From positions 1 to 64,000 of the forward strand of contig NW_021832015.1 in NCBI RefSeq assembly GCF_006345805.1: a stretch of DNA of 64,000 nt, in the 5' to 3' direction. The stretch comes from Octopus sinensis. Lineage: Eukaryota. A program made the position numbers and the translations under genes. The notes under the pieces are model-generated. The model was given only the letters and a program-made list of their open reading frames with translations. It searched no databases and was not told where the DNA came from. Shown here piece by piece: positions 63,120 through 64,000 of this stretch; within the stretch, counting starts at the first letter, position 1; the number at the start of each line of letters is the position of its first letter.

Positions 63120-63352
63120 AGCCTAGCCAAGCTCATGGGCCCGGTTTCCTGGTTTCAATGGTGTATGTGTTCCCCAGCTGGACGGGACGCCAGTCCATCA
63201 CAGCGTTACTCATTTTTGCCAGCTGAGTGGACTGGAGCAACGTGAAATGAAATGTTTTGCTCAAGAACACAACGCGTCGCCCGGTCCAGGAATCGAAACC
63301 ACAATCTTACGATCATGACGCTGACACCCTAACCACTAAGTCACGCGCCTCC
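63120..63352 (-). mobile_element. tRNA-derived CORE-type SINE with a different 3' region
   Basis: A box TGACTTAGTGG, B box GGTTTCGATTCC, and gtgttcttgagcaa...ccactcagctg shared with 9290-9424. Confidence 0.85.
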
Positions 63353-63479
63353 ACTTAACAGAAAATAGCTAGCAAAATTACTACGCATCCTGCCACAAAT
63401 GCAGGGTTCAAAATTCACATAAATATTATAACATAACTTAAGAGATTTTTTTGTACTCACCCAGATGTGACACAGAAAT

Positions 63480-64000
63480 TTGAAAAATAATGATGAAGAC
63501 CTGCTGTAATATGCCGCGAAATATATGGGTGTAAATGCAGATGAAATTATGGGCAATGAAGAGTTTAACCACGCTGAGAAGAAGAGAAAAGAAGACTTTC
63601 TTGAAATGAGAATACATGACCAGTTTCAAAGGAATACACAGAACGTAAAGGATAATACAGCATCGTAGGCATGGCTTGAGCGAGGTAATTTGAAGCGTAC
63701 CAACGAAAGCCTGATCATTGCTGCACAAGACCAGGCTCTTGATACCAATTCTGTGAAGTATAGCATCTATAAAACTTCTGACACCCAGAAATGCAGACTC
63801 TGTGGAAAGAGTGTAGAAAATGTGACCCACTTGGTAAGTGGATGTGAGAGCCTTGCACAAAAAAATACAAGTGCCACAACGATTAAATGTGTGTGTAGTT
63901 TCATCGGCTCTTATGCCGTAAATACCAATATGAAGTAACAGAGAACTGGTATGAGCATGTACCAAATAAAGTTATACAGGAGGATGGAAAAGTAACGATA
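63480..64000 (+). mobile_element. R4-clade LINE C-terminal fragment (runs off the window)
   Basis: ESLIIAAQDQAL...CRLCG..VENVTHLVSGC in ORF 63690-63938. Confidence 0.8.

Noticed and set aside
9350-63352. tRNA genes at 9350-9424, 15110-15177, 42457-42530 and 63280-63352
   Set aside because: A and B boxes are present, but the cloverleaf is not intact and the sequences continue into SINE bodies or microsatellite.

Overview
AT-rich, microsatellite-dense animal genomic DNA. The repeat inventory (tRNA-headed CORE-type SINEs, R4/Dong, CR1, Tx1, Penelope-like, mariner, hAT and Helitron relics) suggests an octopus-like cephalopod; this is inference, not a database result. Most of the window is transposon-derived. 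The only host gene I can support is a minus-strand, phase-1 multi-exon gene (about 40.4 to 22.8 kb) with a probable signal-peptide exon and at least three PAN/Apple-domain exons. The most striking structure is a roughly 12-kb Penelope-like retroelement (49.95-62.09 kb, minus strand, Naiad-type RT plus GIY-YIG). Its terminal repeats are about 2.07-kb satellite-like units, each carrying an intact hammerhead ribozyme core, and its 5' end folds back into a roughly 4-kb palindrome. About nine hammerhead or hammerhead-like motifs occur in the window, including a canonical one at 891-937 inside an inverted repeat and a U3-A8 core variant at 49843-49878. At least five R4/Dong insertions sit in (TAA)n arrays, three stacked head-to-tail. 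Many ORF breaks are single-base deletions, often in homopolymers, so some apparent pseudogenes may be assembly errors. All calls were made by eye; coordinates of decayed repeats are approximate.
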